Both the position numbers and the translations under genes were made by a program. Below the pieces are notes generated by a model. That model ran no database searches. It saw only the letters and a list, made by a program, of their open reading frames with translations, and had not been told where the DNA came from. Positions 21,216-33,455 of a stretch of DNA of 37,640 bases are shown here, piece by piece; the first letter of the stretch is position 1, and every line of letters begins with the position of its first letter. This DNA comes from Octopus bimaculoides (Eukaryota). The stretch covers positions 188,178,965 to 188,216,604 of the forward strand of contig NC_068981.1 of assembly GCF_001194135.2 (NCBI RefSeq). The letters are read 5' to 3'.

Positions 21216-22429
21216 GAAAGCAAATTAACTGTAAATATTCTAAGGGCACACAAAACACTGCTTTTGAGGTTATGAAAAAAAATATTAATTTACGTTTTGT
21301 ATATTAGGCCCATAATAGCTTACCAATTTACATATGCAATCTATATAATAAACCCTTAACATGCGAGAAGTGCCCCAAGGCGCTGCTACCTTTCTGGATC
21401 ATATGACAGTGGTATATGGCGTGGGCCGGGTGTGTTGAACAGCAACAGTTATGCACTGAGTCAGTTGCTTTTTGCGTGAGAAAAATACAGAATGAGTATG
21501 GACAATTAAGATAAATAATTCCTAGGGTTCTAATTACCAGATAACAAGACAACAAAAAACTGCAAGCCGGTGCATAAAGTGTCGTCCTCAATGAGATGTT
21601 GACGTGGCTTATGTGGTACAATAGATGCGTGGTTCGCACCTAGTCGTTGTACTTACTTTTTACGTACCATGGGTGTTGTCGATAAGTGATTATAGCTTAT
21701 ATCACAAAAACAGTGGTATACATATTGCAACTACGTCCACATAAACCTATTATCCATTTGAAGTATGTGACTTTATTATGTGAGTTTTTTTTTTTTGTAA
21801 CTCATTAGTGTAACATTGGTGGCAGATACATAACAGCTGTACAGTCTACAGTTTATCCGACAATCTTTATAAGCAGGCGAATTGATGCGAAAGCTAAGAA
21901 AAGTGTTTGAAAAATTAAATTGCCATGTGCTTATATGTTACACAACCAGAACTAAACCAGTTATACTTAATGGTTTAGGAAAGGAAAATTTATGGGTTAT
22001 ATTAGTACGTGAAAATTAATGTTCGATATATGCACACTCAGCCTATTTTAACTGCCAATGAATAGAGTTTGGAATCTTATATAAAACGAAAACAAAAAAC
22101 AAATTCTTTAATATTTCCTATTAAGTGTTTTCCGTTTGGATAATTTTTACCTCTGAAGGGCATTACAATTTCTAGTTAAATAAAAATTTGTTCAATCTCA
22201 TCGCTCAAAATAATTTTCAAAAAGCAGCAGAGTATTGCTAATATATTTTAGAGGATCTGCGTTACCAAACATATTCAACGCATGATATATTCTTGTAATT
22301 GCTATATTCTACTGATATTCCTCAGAATACTCTAGCCCGTAGCGCTTCATAAGACTTAGAAATGTATGGTATGTATAAGTGTGTGCGTGTGTGTATGTGT
22401 GCGTTTTTATGTGTATATAAATATATATG

Positions 22430-22460
<31 letters not shown>

Positions 22461-23613
22461 TTGTGTGTGTTTGTGTGTGTGTGTGTGTGTATTGAAAGAG
22501 GGAGAGATCTGTGTATATATATTTGAGAAAGTGTTCGAATATGCGTGATAGATGCCTATGTGATAACATTGCCTTATTAATGCAAATAGCATTTCGTTTA
22601 CAGCCTCATCTTCAAGATTTACTTCATTTATCATTACATCCATATATAAACGGAACATGATCAAACAGGAATTTCTTCTGTTTTTCCCAAGGTTGAAATT
22701 TAGTGCCCCCTTGCGGATCGTTTACATAACTGTAGGCATGTCAAAAGTGTGTTCTTTGATGTACAATGATAACTTACTACACAATTTGTTTTCCTACATC
22801 AACGAGGATTTTCATTTTGCTTTTAGTTGAAATGAATGGTGATTTCATGGAATAGCATAACGCCAAATATTGTTTCTAATATCTTGTTTTCTTTAAACCC
22901 GTTTGAGCTTAATTCAACATCTTCGACTGATGCACTAACTTTGAAATTTATGCTCCCAAGGCAGGGACAATTGAGAATAGGAGAACACCTGGTTAAAACA
23001 AAAAACCATATTTGTATCAAGATTATCAATACATTGGAAGTAATGTATGTGTTGAAGAGCATCAGTATCATTCAGATCGAAAACCGGAATCTTGGAAAAT
23101 TGAAGCCAGAAAACCGGAAACTAGTAAATTGAAGTCAGAAATCAAACAGCGTCTGCTATTAATTTTTTCGTCTGAAATGTACCTAACATTCGTCTAGCAG
23201 TAGAAGCTAAATTCTATTTAACTCACTACATTGACAATTTAATATCATAAGTGGATCGTGACCCACCTTTCGTGAAACACAATAAAATAGTCAACGACGC
23301 CACTGCTATTATGATAAATTTCACAATAACCATAAAATAGTTAGAACAATACAAGTATTTCATTATATCTGTTAACACAAAGAGTCATAATTTCTATTTA
23401 AAATTTTACCTGACATTAAGTGCATATGGTGCGTTGGTTTGAATTTGTGTATAATTGAAAAGAACACAAGGGAAATCCTAAAATCGTGTAGCAAATGTTG
23501 AATAGAAGTTTAGAATTTATCTTAGTTTTATTGGAAGTTTTAGTTATATTATTTTCACTCCGTTTGTATTTGTCTCTCAGGTATCAAACTTGAAATCAAC
23601 ATAGAGAACAGTG

Positions 23614-23824
23614 AAGGTGACGAGCTGGTAGAATCGTTAGCACGCCAGACAAAATTCACAGCGGCTTTTCGTCCGTCCTTACGTTCTGAATTCAAAGTCC
23701 GCCGAGGTCGACTTATCCTTCTGGAGCCGATAAAATAAGTAGCAGCTGGACACTGGGATCAATGTAATCGATTTACTCCACCCCTCTACGCCGAAATAGT
23801 TGGCCTTGCGCTAAAATTTGAACC
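23614..23824 (+). mobile_element. Meta-like SINE (tail type C), followed by a more decayed copy to ~24050
   Basis: aaggtgacgagctggtagaatcgttagcacgcc...ggccttgcgctaaaatttgaacc; agaacag(t/c)gaa on both flanks. Confidence 0.85.
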
Positions 23825-24864
23825 CAGTGTACAGAACAGCGAACCCGCAGAAAGGTCGGATTGGTAGACAAAATATCCTTATGTATCTAGTCGCGTACAT
23901 TTACATTATGTGTTCAAGTCCCGTTGGAAATCAATTTGAATTTTCATTCTCTCGAGGTTGATTAAATAAATAATAGTCAAGTACTTGTGGGGTATAATCG
24001 ACTATTCTGTTTTCCGAAATTTCCGACCTTTTGTCTGTGTAAGAAATCAATACAAGCATACTTTATAACGATGAAGTAATTAAAGTTCATTTAATGAACT
24101 TAGAATTATTTGATGTGTTAGTTTATTGTAAGAAAGATTCTACTTTAAGCAGTCGCAGACTAATTAAATCTTCACTTAGCATTAGTCGTTGAATCATGGA
24201 GACGAATATTTGACAGAAGGATATTAGCGTAAGCAAAAACAAGATTGTTCACAAAAATTTGTAATGCATCATTGTAATTGAATTTCCCTTGTAAATTTTG
24301 TGTTATAATTTGGTGTGTAGAATCTGAACATGCATTACTCTGTAAGTGATAACAGAAATAAAAGGGAGATTTACTTATCAGATAATCTATTATTCTAGTC
24401 TCCGATAAATTCTACTTTGGGTATCCCAATTTAATATCCTTGTTTCATTTTCTAAATTCAGCTGATATAAAGGAAGCTATCAAATATTCTATTCTGTACG
24501 ATTGTATTCACTGTGTAGATGATCACGACTACTTGCAAAGTGGTGAATGAGAATTATAAAGCAGACAGCATAGTGTATAAGTGCAGTCATTGTACACATT
24601 AACTGTAAAACGATCTTTCATGAGATAATTCTTTCAAAGCCTGAAAACTTTATTTACAACTTTTCAAAGTTATCTGTTCTGCTCTTACGAAATGCAATTA
24701 CAAATGCGGATTTTCATTTTCTTCTAAAGCTAAAGAAATTTCGGATTTAGCTTTCCGTATATGAGGCTGGCACCCATATCTTCTGACTTATTATTTTTGT
24801 CGTCTACTTTTTAAATATATTTATAGTAACAGTGTTTTGTTGTCTTCAATACTCTCTCTTTCCC

Positions 24865-25302
24865 TATATGTATGTATGTATGTCATTGTTCAGTTTTATT
24901 TCAAAATATCTTGCCAATAGAGAAAGAATAGGTTCCTAACCAAGATCCAAGGCTCTTTCATATGAATTTCAACATCAGCAACAGGGTATTTTCGTTTGTA
25001 TGTCTCTTCTGTTTTTTAATTATTATAAATCTTCCACTGAGGAGAGAGCCGGTTTCCAACAAAGATACAAGGCTCCAACTTTGGTATGTAGTTAACACAG
25101 AAAAATTCACATTTGGAACTTGAGAAAAGTCTTGCATATTTTTACTGTTCCACTCACAGATTGCACTTGTAATGTACGAATTAGCCGGTCGATTTCTCTT
25201 TCTGAAAATCCCAGTTTATCCAGATTCTCCTTTAAGCATTTACTAACAAAACCTAGTGCTCCAATTATTATTGGCGTGAATATGAATTCATAGTCTGGAT
25301 AT
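24865..25302 (-). mobile_element. R4/Dong-clade (RLE) LINE 3' end
   Basis: Uninterrupted frame 25301-25107: YPDYEFIFTPIIIGALGFVSKCLKENLDKLGFSEREIDRLIRTLQVQSVSGTVKICKTFLKFQM*, then 3' UTR ending in (CATA)n; 5' part lost in gap. Confidence 0.85.
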
Positions 25303-25586
25303 NNNNNNNNNNNNNNNNNNNNNNNNNNNNNNNNNNNNNNNNNNNNNNNNNNNNNNNNNNNNNNNNNNNNNNNNNNNNNNNNNNNNNNNNNNNNNNNNNN
25401 NNNNNNNNNNNNNNNNNNNNNNNNNNNNNNNNNNNNNNNNNNNNNNNNNNNNNNNNNNNNNNNNNNNNNNNNNNNNNNNNNNNNNNNNNNNNNNNNNNNN
25501 NNNNNNNNNNNNNNNNNNNNNNNNNNNNNNNNNNNNNNNNNNNNNNNNNNNNNNNNNNNNNNNNNNNNNNNGCGTGATGTCTTCCG

Positions 25587-25966
25587 TATATGTATGTATG
25601 TATGTTTATGTGCAGATTTTTATGTTTTACTTCATGTACATATTCTCATGCATATAGTTGCATATCTAGACATGCTCATATATATTTAAATGCAAAACTT
25701 CTAGAAGGTTTTATAGATTTGTACAGTTCCAGTGATGGATTGGATGTGTAGTCTTCGAATTAGCTGGTTTTGAGAAGCCTAATTCCTCAAGATTGGTATT
25801 TAGGAAGTGTGTTACATACCCTACGGCCCCATTAATTGCAGTTATAAACTTGAACTTGTAATCTGGATAGAGTAACTGCAGATTTCTCAATAGTTCAGCG
25901 TAGGTATTCTCTTTTTCGCTGACCTTCAACTTTTTACTAACATCCGCTTGTATGTATGTATGTATG
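25587..25966 (-). mobile_element. 5'-truncated R4/Dong-clade LINE bounded by (TATG)n on both sides
   Basis: ADVSKKLKVSEKENTYAELLRNLQLLYPDYKFKFITAINGAVGYV... frameshift LIRRLHIQSITGTVQIYKTF; (TATG)n at 25587-25604 and 25949-25966. Confidence 0.85.
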
Positions 25967-26239
25967 CATGCTGGGGGTAACCAAAGCCTTAAATCTGTAC
26001 AAATATTATACGCGACTCGGATTGTAACAAGCAGAGAAAAAGATCAACGACCATCTCATTCAAGTTTGCTATCACGAAAATAATAATATAATTAGGATAA
26101 TTAATGAACTCAAGCGCATACCTGAATACAAGTTAATACAGACATTCCCCCAAAGAACATCTTAAAATCCATTTTAACATTGCAACGAAGGTTTTAAAAA
26201 TACTCCAATTCACTTAGAAGTTGTACATGGATATACACG

Positions 26240-26885
26240 GATACTCAAGATGAGAATTGCAGACTACAATGGGAATAAATCACGACAGAGGCTTGACGTA
26301 GAATACTGACAAGTTTATAGCATTTCACCTTGAAGGTTGCCTCCATGAAATCTATGAACAAGAAATCTCTACTCACCACCTGTTGCAGACAAGATACAAA
26401 TAATCAGCCGACAACAGATGCAGGCCAAACAAAACAAATGTGTCACAATGGTTATTAGATACTATATTTCTAAGTGGTATGATGTGGTAAGCAGAACAAT
26501 ATAGAGTATAGCGCAAAATAAAGAAATTACAGCATATAAAGATGAATATACTGACACTGATGAATTAAAGGAATATTAATGGAACCTAAGATGAAAAGCG
26601 ATAAACTTAAAACGCAATCGATCTGATATTGTTGCGTGATGTTTTGTTGTGAAAGTCAGCTGCCTCTCAGAAGAATATGCGAACAGATGATTCTGTGGAC
26701 CGCTAAAGAGGGATTTCCAAATCCAGAACTCAAAATGTACATTTTGGTTCATACCTAAGGTCATTGGGGTGACAGATTATGTACAAACGCACCTGTAATC
26801 CATAAACGCAGGTCTGTAATCCATACACTACTAATGTTCAAATTATTTGGGTAAGAAAAACGCTGCAACATTTTAAAATTTAATG
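26240..26885 (+). mobile_element. Older degenerate R4/Dong LINE fragment (RLE region)
   Basis: LEGCLHEIYEQEISTHHLLQTR (~26329-26395), NRSDIV (PD motif relic), VKVSCL, FIPKVIGVTDYV; many stops. Confidence 0.7.
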
Positions 26886-27215
26886 GATGAATGGATTTGC
26901 ACAGAAGAAGAAAAGTACATGACCCTTTTTCTTTTTGTTTTTTTTTACAACCTTACTGCCGAGTAGGTGAACGGTTAAAATAAACTATAAAACCCCAGTC
27001 ATTTAAGAGACATGTAAACATGCACGTGCGCTCACACACACACACACGCACACACACACGCACATGTACATACATACATACGCACACAAACATATACGCT
27101 TTATCAAGAAATTACCACTACAATTTACAAAAGACTGTTAAAATATGTAAGCCTTTTAAGACGGTTATCATGCATGTATTTGCGTGCATGAGTCTGTGTA
27201 TGCATCTTTAATCTA

Positions 27216-27444
27216 TTATCTTTTACATGTTTCAGTCATTTGACTGTGGCCATATTGGAGCACTGTGTTGGAAAAAGTTTACTCGAATGAATCGACCACA
27301 TATATAGGACGGGCTCCTTTCAATTTCCGTCTACCAAATCCACTCACAAGTCTTTGGTCGACTTGAGGCTATAGTAAAAGGCACTTGCCCAAGGTGCTAA
27401 GCAGTGGGACTGAACCTGGAATCATACGATTCGGAAACAAGCTG
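27216..27444 (-). mobile_element. tRNA-derived SINE with CR1-like 3' tail, internally deleted
   Basis: Reverse complement: head/CORE-like ...ccactgcttagcaccttgggcaagtgcc..., tail cagtgctccaatatggccacagtcaaatgactgaaacatgtaaaagataa. Confidence 0.85.
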
Positions 27445-27462
27445 ATGTGCATACATAAAGAC

Positions 27463-27519
<57 letters not shown>

Positions 27520-28110
27520 CGCAAATACATAAATGCGCTTGGTACGGCTTGGAGGACAGGAGAGAAAAATTATGAACAATCATACAAGTCTACTGCGTTA
27601 TAGATGTGAACATTTCTTCCATAACAAGAGAGGTCAGGATGTACGGACAACTGCCTTGAAACCTGCAGCTCCTTTACTCTGACTATAAGTCCCTATTTAT
27701 ACTGTTGATCATTGGTGCGCTTGGATTTTTCAGTAAAAGAAGGCGACCAGCTAGTATGCATCTTACGAGCCCGTAGTCGGAACTGTAAAAATGTACAAGT
27801 CATTTCTAAATCTCAACATTTAACACTTATCATTGTTATCCAAATTCTTATGATAGCATTTTGTTTCTTATACACCAGCTTCCTCCCTATAGGAAGAATT
27901 CAAATCGCTGAAGAATAAAGATACATACAAACCTGCATATATAAATGCGCATTCACAGTTAGACTAGAAAATAATCGCACGAATAAACATACCACAAGTC
28001 GGAATTTCATATATTTCTAATCTATCTATATGGATGATAAAGCAGCTCCCTAAAGGTACGTTGAAGCGATAACTAATTCGTTAACTAATGACATACATAC
28101 ATGCATACAT

Positions 28111-28483
28111 TGTTGTTGTTGGCACTCTGTCGATTGCGACGACGAGGGGGGTTCCAGCTGATCCGATCAACGGAACAACCTGCTCGTGAAATTAACGTGC
28201 AAGTGGCTGAGCACTCCACAGACACGTGTACCCTTAACGTAGGTCTCGGGGATATTCAGCGTGACACAGTGTGACAAGGTTGACACAACAGAAACAGAAA
28301 GTAAGAGTGAGAGAAAGTTGTGGTGAAAGAGTACAGCAGGGTTCGCCACCATCCCCTGCTGGAGCCTCGTGGAGCTTTAGGTGTTTTCGCTCAATAAACA
28401 TTCACAACGCCCGGTCTGGGAATCGAAACCGCGAGCCTATGACCGCGAGTCCACTGCCCTAACCACTGGGTCATTGCGCCTCC
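28111..28483 (-). mobile_element. tRNA-derived SINE with (CAA)n tail
   Basis: Head ggaggcgcaatgacccagtggttagggc...ggtttcgattcccag (A/B boxes); 3' part shared with 3080-3240; ends gtgccaacaacaaca. Confidence 0.85.
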
Positions 28484-29814
28484 ACATACATACATACCTA
28501 CATATTTATACCTATCTATCTTTCTAGCTAGCTAGCCCTCTTGGGCCAAAGTGATCCAAGGTACCTTGGCTCTAGGACACCTTGATCACCGGGAAAGATG
28601 CAGGATGCAATAAATGTGGCAGCTGAAAGACATCTAATAAGAGTCATGACTCGGAAGCTTTGAATATAGAGAATCAAAGGCTGAAACATTTGCACAAAAG
28701 AGCTTCTGTGAAGCTCTTCTATTGCTCACTTCTCCCTAGATTTTCTTACTACCTTTATATTTATTACGAATTCGTTGTTTTAACAAGGACACATACATAC
28801 ATACATGCATGCATGCATACATGTGTGTGTGTGTTTGCAGGAGGAATGTAAATATAGATATAAAATATACTCGTGACCAAAATACACTGTACAAGCTTAC
28901 AGTATGTATCTCATGTAACTACTTGCATTGGATCAGATATTCCTGTAACTAATGCAACCTATTTACCACGATTATAGTGAAATATATAATTTGCTGGCAG
29001 TTTTCCAGGAGAAGGTATTTCAGGCACAACAATTCGAATTTATATGAATCGAGGAATGCTATTGTATGACAGTCATGCCATTTTCAATGGCATTAACTAT
29101 GCACATAAGATACAGTTTTTTTGTTGCTCGTCGTTTATTGAAAATAATATTAGAAACGATGCTTTTGTTAGAGTTAATATAAGTGATTTGGTTTCCAGTT
29201 GACTTCAAATTTGAACGAATTTTTGATTCATATTTATTAATGTTAAATATTTCGTAAAGGAAACATGATAATAAAGGTTAAAACAAGAAAGAAAATAAAT
29301 CTTAGTACTATTATTTAGATTGTTGAGCCACCAACGGTTTTACTATTCAGTTGACTTTTGTACTCAAGAACTTGACTAAAGTTACTTTACTAAAGGTTTA
29401 ATTCAAGGATGTCAAAAAAAAATTGTATTTAGCGTCTATTGTTGTCTGAATAAAGCTAGAATAATTTCTAGTGAACCTCTTCCACAAATTACATAGCCGC
29501 AAGATATATTTTTCGTGTTACTTCAGAAGCGACTATGTGAATGAAAAGCTAGTGTTGAGATGTATCGAATGAACATACGTCGAACAATATGTCGAAAGAA
29601 TCCTTCGAAGTATGTCTAATTCCAGACATAGTTTATTGCAAGAATTGTGGGTGATTGTCAATAACGTGGCCATGGATAATTTTGAGTACATTATGGTTAT
29701 GAGTGCAACTGTTTCTTGATAAAAAAAAAAGAACTATTATTTAGTAAGCGTAGATTACTTTCTTCTGTGTCCGTAGAGGCGAGTGACTATTAAATGAGAA
29801 TTAGTACCATGGAT

Positions 29815-30002
29815 AAGGCGGTGGGCTGGCAGAATCGTTTAGCGGTATTTCGTCTGCCGCTATGTTCTGAGTTCAAATTTCGCCGAGGTCGACTTTGCCT
29901 TTCATCCTTTCGGGCTCGATATATTTAGTACCAGTTGCGTACCAGTACGACTGGCCCCCTCCCTCAAAATTTTGAGGCCTTGTGCCTGTTATAAAAAAGA
30001 TT
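29815..30002 (+). mobile_element. Meta-like SINE (tail type B)
   Basis: TSD attagt(a/t)ccatggat at 29800-29814 and 30003-30017. Confidence 0.92.
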
Positions 30003-30584
30003 ATTAGTTCCATGGATGTCTCAAAATTGATACTGAACCTGGAAGAAACGGTGTGATTTTTAGTTATCTCCCTTTGCGTTCTGAGCTTAAACCTCTTTCG
30101 TATCTAATTTGTCTCTCATTCTTCTAAGGTTCATAGCATAAGTACAGGTCAAGGCTGAAGCTGATTAAATCCCATCTAACGTAAAATGTTATTCCTAAAT
30201 ATATATTTGCTTTTAATCGGCCTCTTTTAATGGTTACTGTAATAAATATCGTAATATAGTGACATGAACATAATTATGACATTGTGGAATATTTAGTTAT
30301 GTTTCTTTACTTAGGTCGATGCAAGCAGAATGTATGGACATATGCGTACGTTAGAAATGTCGCTAAACATCTTGCCTGGAGAGCTAATGATTCTTCCAGC
30401 TCAAGAATTAGTTGAATAAATGACAGTAGTAGTTATATGTGAAGATGGTTGTATTTTCTTAATAATATCTTTATATTCCAGGGAAGCAAAGATTGTATGA
30501 CTATCCCATATCTTCATTCTACCATGATGTTTTCCTCAATTAATAAGTTGGTGTACATAAATTGATTTATATAATATACCTGGG

Positions 30585-30585
<1 letters not shown>

Positions 30586-30634
<49 letters not shown>
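30586..30634. repeat. (TAA)n microsatellite
   Basis: Pure ATA run. Confidence 0.98.
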
Positions 30635-30635
<1 letters not shown>

Positions 30636-30650
30636 GTTTTAAATTTTGTC

Positions 30651-30890
30651 ACTCACTATTGTCGGAGCCCTGAGAACAGTGGGTGAAAATCTTAAGAAGT
30701 ACATGGAACAAATAGGGGCTGCAATAAGTGTAGAGCACTTGCAGAAAACGGCACTACTTGGAACCGCTCGAATGCTACCGATGATGCTCGGAAAAAAAAG
30801 GGATATTATCTTAGTTCCCTGGTAGTGAACAGCTGAATCCGTAGTACATCTCCAGCGTTAGAAGCTGTGCAAAGACAATAAAATAATAAA
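30651..30890 (+). mobile_element. Short 5'-truncated Dong-like LINE next to (TAA)n
   Basis: Frame from 30655: TIVGALRTVGENLKKYMEQIGAAISVEHLQKTALLGTARMLPMML; 3' end caataaaataataaa. Confidence 0.85.
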
Positions 30891-31092
30891 TTTCAAATTT
30901 TGCCACAAGGGCAACAAGCATGAATCGAATATATCGATCCCAGTATTCAACTGGTTCTTATTTTATTGACTCCGAAAAGGATGAAAGACAAAGTCGACCT
31001 CGGCAGAATTTGAACTCAGAACTTGGCGACGGTCGAAAAACCGCTAAGCATTTCGTTCAGCGTGCTTACGATTTTGCCAGCCTCGTCGCCTT
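30890..31092 (-). mobile_element. Meta-like SINE (tail type C)
   Basis: Reverse-complement family homology; tail tttcaaattttgccacaagggc. Confidence 0.88.
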
Positions 31093-31156
31093 AGTAATAA
31101 CAATAATAATAATAATAATAATAATTATTATTATTATTATGATTATTATTACTAGT

Positions 31157-31322
31157 AAAAGTCGATTACATCGATCCCAGTGCTTGCTGGTTACTTATTT
31201 TATCGTCCCTGAAAGGACGAAAGATAAAGTCGTCGTCGGCGGAATTTGAACTCAGAACATAAAAAATAGACGAAATGCCGCTAAGCGTTCTGTATGGCGT
31301 GCTAACGACTCTACCAGCTCAT
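31157..31322 (-). mobile_element. Meta-like SINE, partial
   Basis: gtcgattacatcgatcccagtg...gaatttgaactcagaac...gctaacgactctaccagctc. Confidence 0.85.
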
Positions 31323-31421
31323 CTTCTCATCATATTGATAATTCTTTCCTCTATAAGAACAAGGCTTGAAATTTTGTGGGAGTGGAATAGGCGATTACAA
31401 TCGATCTAGTGCTCAACTGGA

Positions 31422-31610
31422 TGTGAAAGCGCGTGGTTTAGTAGTCATGGTTTTCGGATCTAGATCGTAAGGTCGCGAGTTCGATTCCCGGCGGTGCGTT
31501 GTGTCCTTGAGCAAGACGTTTTATTTCATGTTGCTCCATTCAATTCACCTGGCAAAAATGAGTAGTATCTGTATTTCAAAGGGTCGGTCTTGTCACATTC
31601 TGTGTCGCGC
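31422..31610 (+). mobile_element. tRNA/CORE SINE 5' half
   Basis: B box gagttcgattccc, CORE tgtgtccttgagcaagac...tgctccattcaattcacctggcaaaaatgag. Confidence 0.85.
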
Positions 31611-31624
31611 AAACGATTCTGCCA

Positions 31625-31625
<1 letters not shown>

Positions 31626-31685
<60 letters not shown>
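31626..31685. repeat. (TAA)n microsatellite
   Basis: AAT run with one interruption. Confidence 0.97.
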
Positions 31686-31688
<3 letters not shown>

Positions 31689-32772
31689 GAAAATATATAC
31701 ATAAGTACTGCATAACCTATTATTTGATTTTCTCAATGGTGATATTGGAAACCTTTATTTCAGCGTTTAGATTTATCTGGCTTCAATACATGATTTTTAC
31801 GCTAAGTATCACTTGCTTAAGGACATGGCTGACAACTACAATTGAATTGGAATCAAACAAAAGCCAGCAGTTTCAGTATTGCTTTCTGTGGAATATTGTG
31901 GAACATCCAAGTTGTGAAATTAATTTCCAGTTTGGAGCAGCTGGTGATGTCAATCGAATTGCTTTTTCGTTCTTTCTTGCGTGTTTAATAGTTAATGATG
32001 CGATAGGAGTAGTACCGAAGAGTTTATGGAAAGCATAATGATCTTTCAAAACAACCGACAGCAATACAGATTATTTATATGAGAATGATGTTCCTTTCTA
32101 TCATCGGTTTAATTGTGTTGTTCTTTGTTCATACAGGGGTTAATTTATGTTGCTGTATTTGACGCCAAAAAATTACATTCATGTATCTTTTCCTGTATGA
32201 AATACTCACAAATATAGAATTGATTAGCATTAGAATATATTTTGTTTTACTGTGACAACTGCTAGTCGTTTCCAATTAACCTTGAAACCTTCTTAAAATT
32301 ACTATTTATTGGCGTTCTAACTATTTGATCGAACGTTTTTCTTCTTTCTTTCTTTGGTGGATGAATACAATGCAAGTTTAGAAAGCCATGAATTAATTCA
32401 TCGTTATGTACCTCAGTTACTTCGTTCGTTTAGTCCAGCTTTAAAATGCTATATTTAAGTCGCATGAGAATACAAGTTAACTATTTTGAGAAGAGATACT
32501 TTACAATCATTATGAAATGCGTTTTCGAATTCTATGAATAATGCTAAGAGTAATTATTGAAATTAATATTAAATTAATTATTTAAATGTAGTAGATTATT
32601 ATTGTTATTGTGATTATTGTTGTTGTTTTTGTTGTTGTAAGTGATGACATTCAGTAGCCTTTTTTTTTTTCCTTATTTTACTTCACAAATGTTGTATGTG
32701 ACTTGAGTATGTACCTTGTTTTGTTTTGGTTTTCTTATTTTTAATGTATTAAGTGTTCTCAACAAAATGTGT

Positions 32773-33001
32773 TATTTCTTTACCACCCACAAGGGGCTAC
32801 ACACAGAGGGGACAAACAAAGACAGACAAACGGATTAAGTCGATTATATCGACCCCAGTGCAGTGCGTAACTGGTACTTATTTAATCGACCTCGAAAGGA
32901 TGAAAGGCAAAGTCGACCTCGGCGGAATTTGAACTCAGAACGTAGCGGCAGACGAAATACCGCTAAGCATTTCGCCCGGCGTGCTAACATCTCTGCCAGC
33001 T
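32773..33001 (-). mobile_element. Meta-like SINE (tail type A)
   Basis: Near-consensus reverse-complement copy. Confidence 0.93.
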
Positions 33002-33112
33002 GGAGTGCTTATGAGCGCTATTTTCTGAATAACATGCATATGTGTAAGCAAATATCATTTTTGCAAATAATTATTCGCATGTTTTCTTCTTAACATGCCG
33101 TTGGTACCACAT

Positions 33113-33455
33113 AAGGCAACAAGTTGGCAGAATATTTAGCACGCCGACAAAATGCTTCGCGGCATTTCGTCCGTCTTTACGTTTTGAGTTCAAATTCCGT
33201 CGAGGTGGACTTCGCCTTTCGTAGTTTTGGGATCGATAAGTACCAGTTGGACACTAGGGTCAATGTAATCGATTTGCTCCTCCCGAACTTTCTGTCCTTG
33301 TGCCAAAGTTTGAAGCCAATATTCTGCCAAGGTCGACTTTACCTTTCATCATATCAGGGTCGATAAAATAAGTACCAGTTGAGCACTGGGGTGGATTTAA
33401 TCGACTTAGTTGCATCCCCCCAAAACTGCTGGCCTTGTGCTAAAATTTGAAACCC
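33113..33455 (+). mobile_element. Meta-like SINE plus adjacent partial copy (33328-33455, tail type C)
   Basis: Family homology over 33113-33318, and again from gtcgacttt to aaatttgaaaccc. Confidence 0.85.

Noticed and set aside
21349-21400. KPLTCEKCPKAL, resembling a C2H2 zinc-finger start
   Set aside because: No F/L/HxxxH completion; stop follows within a few codons
22407-22664. Protein-like ORF start MFRLYMDVMINEVNLEDEAV
   Set aside because: No credible acceptor or donor, runs into microsatellite, no recognisable family
23573-23620. Strong acceptor ctctcag followed by a 36-nt open segment
   Set aside because: Apparent donor lies within a SINE head and TSD; no supporting neighbouring exons
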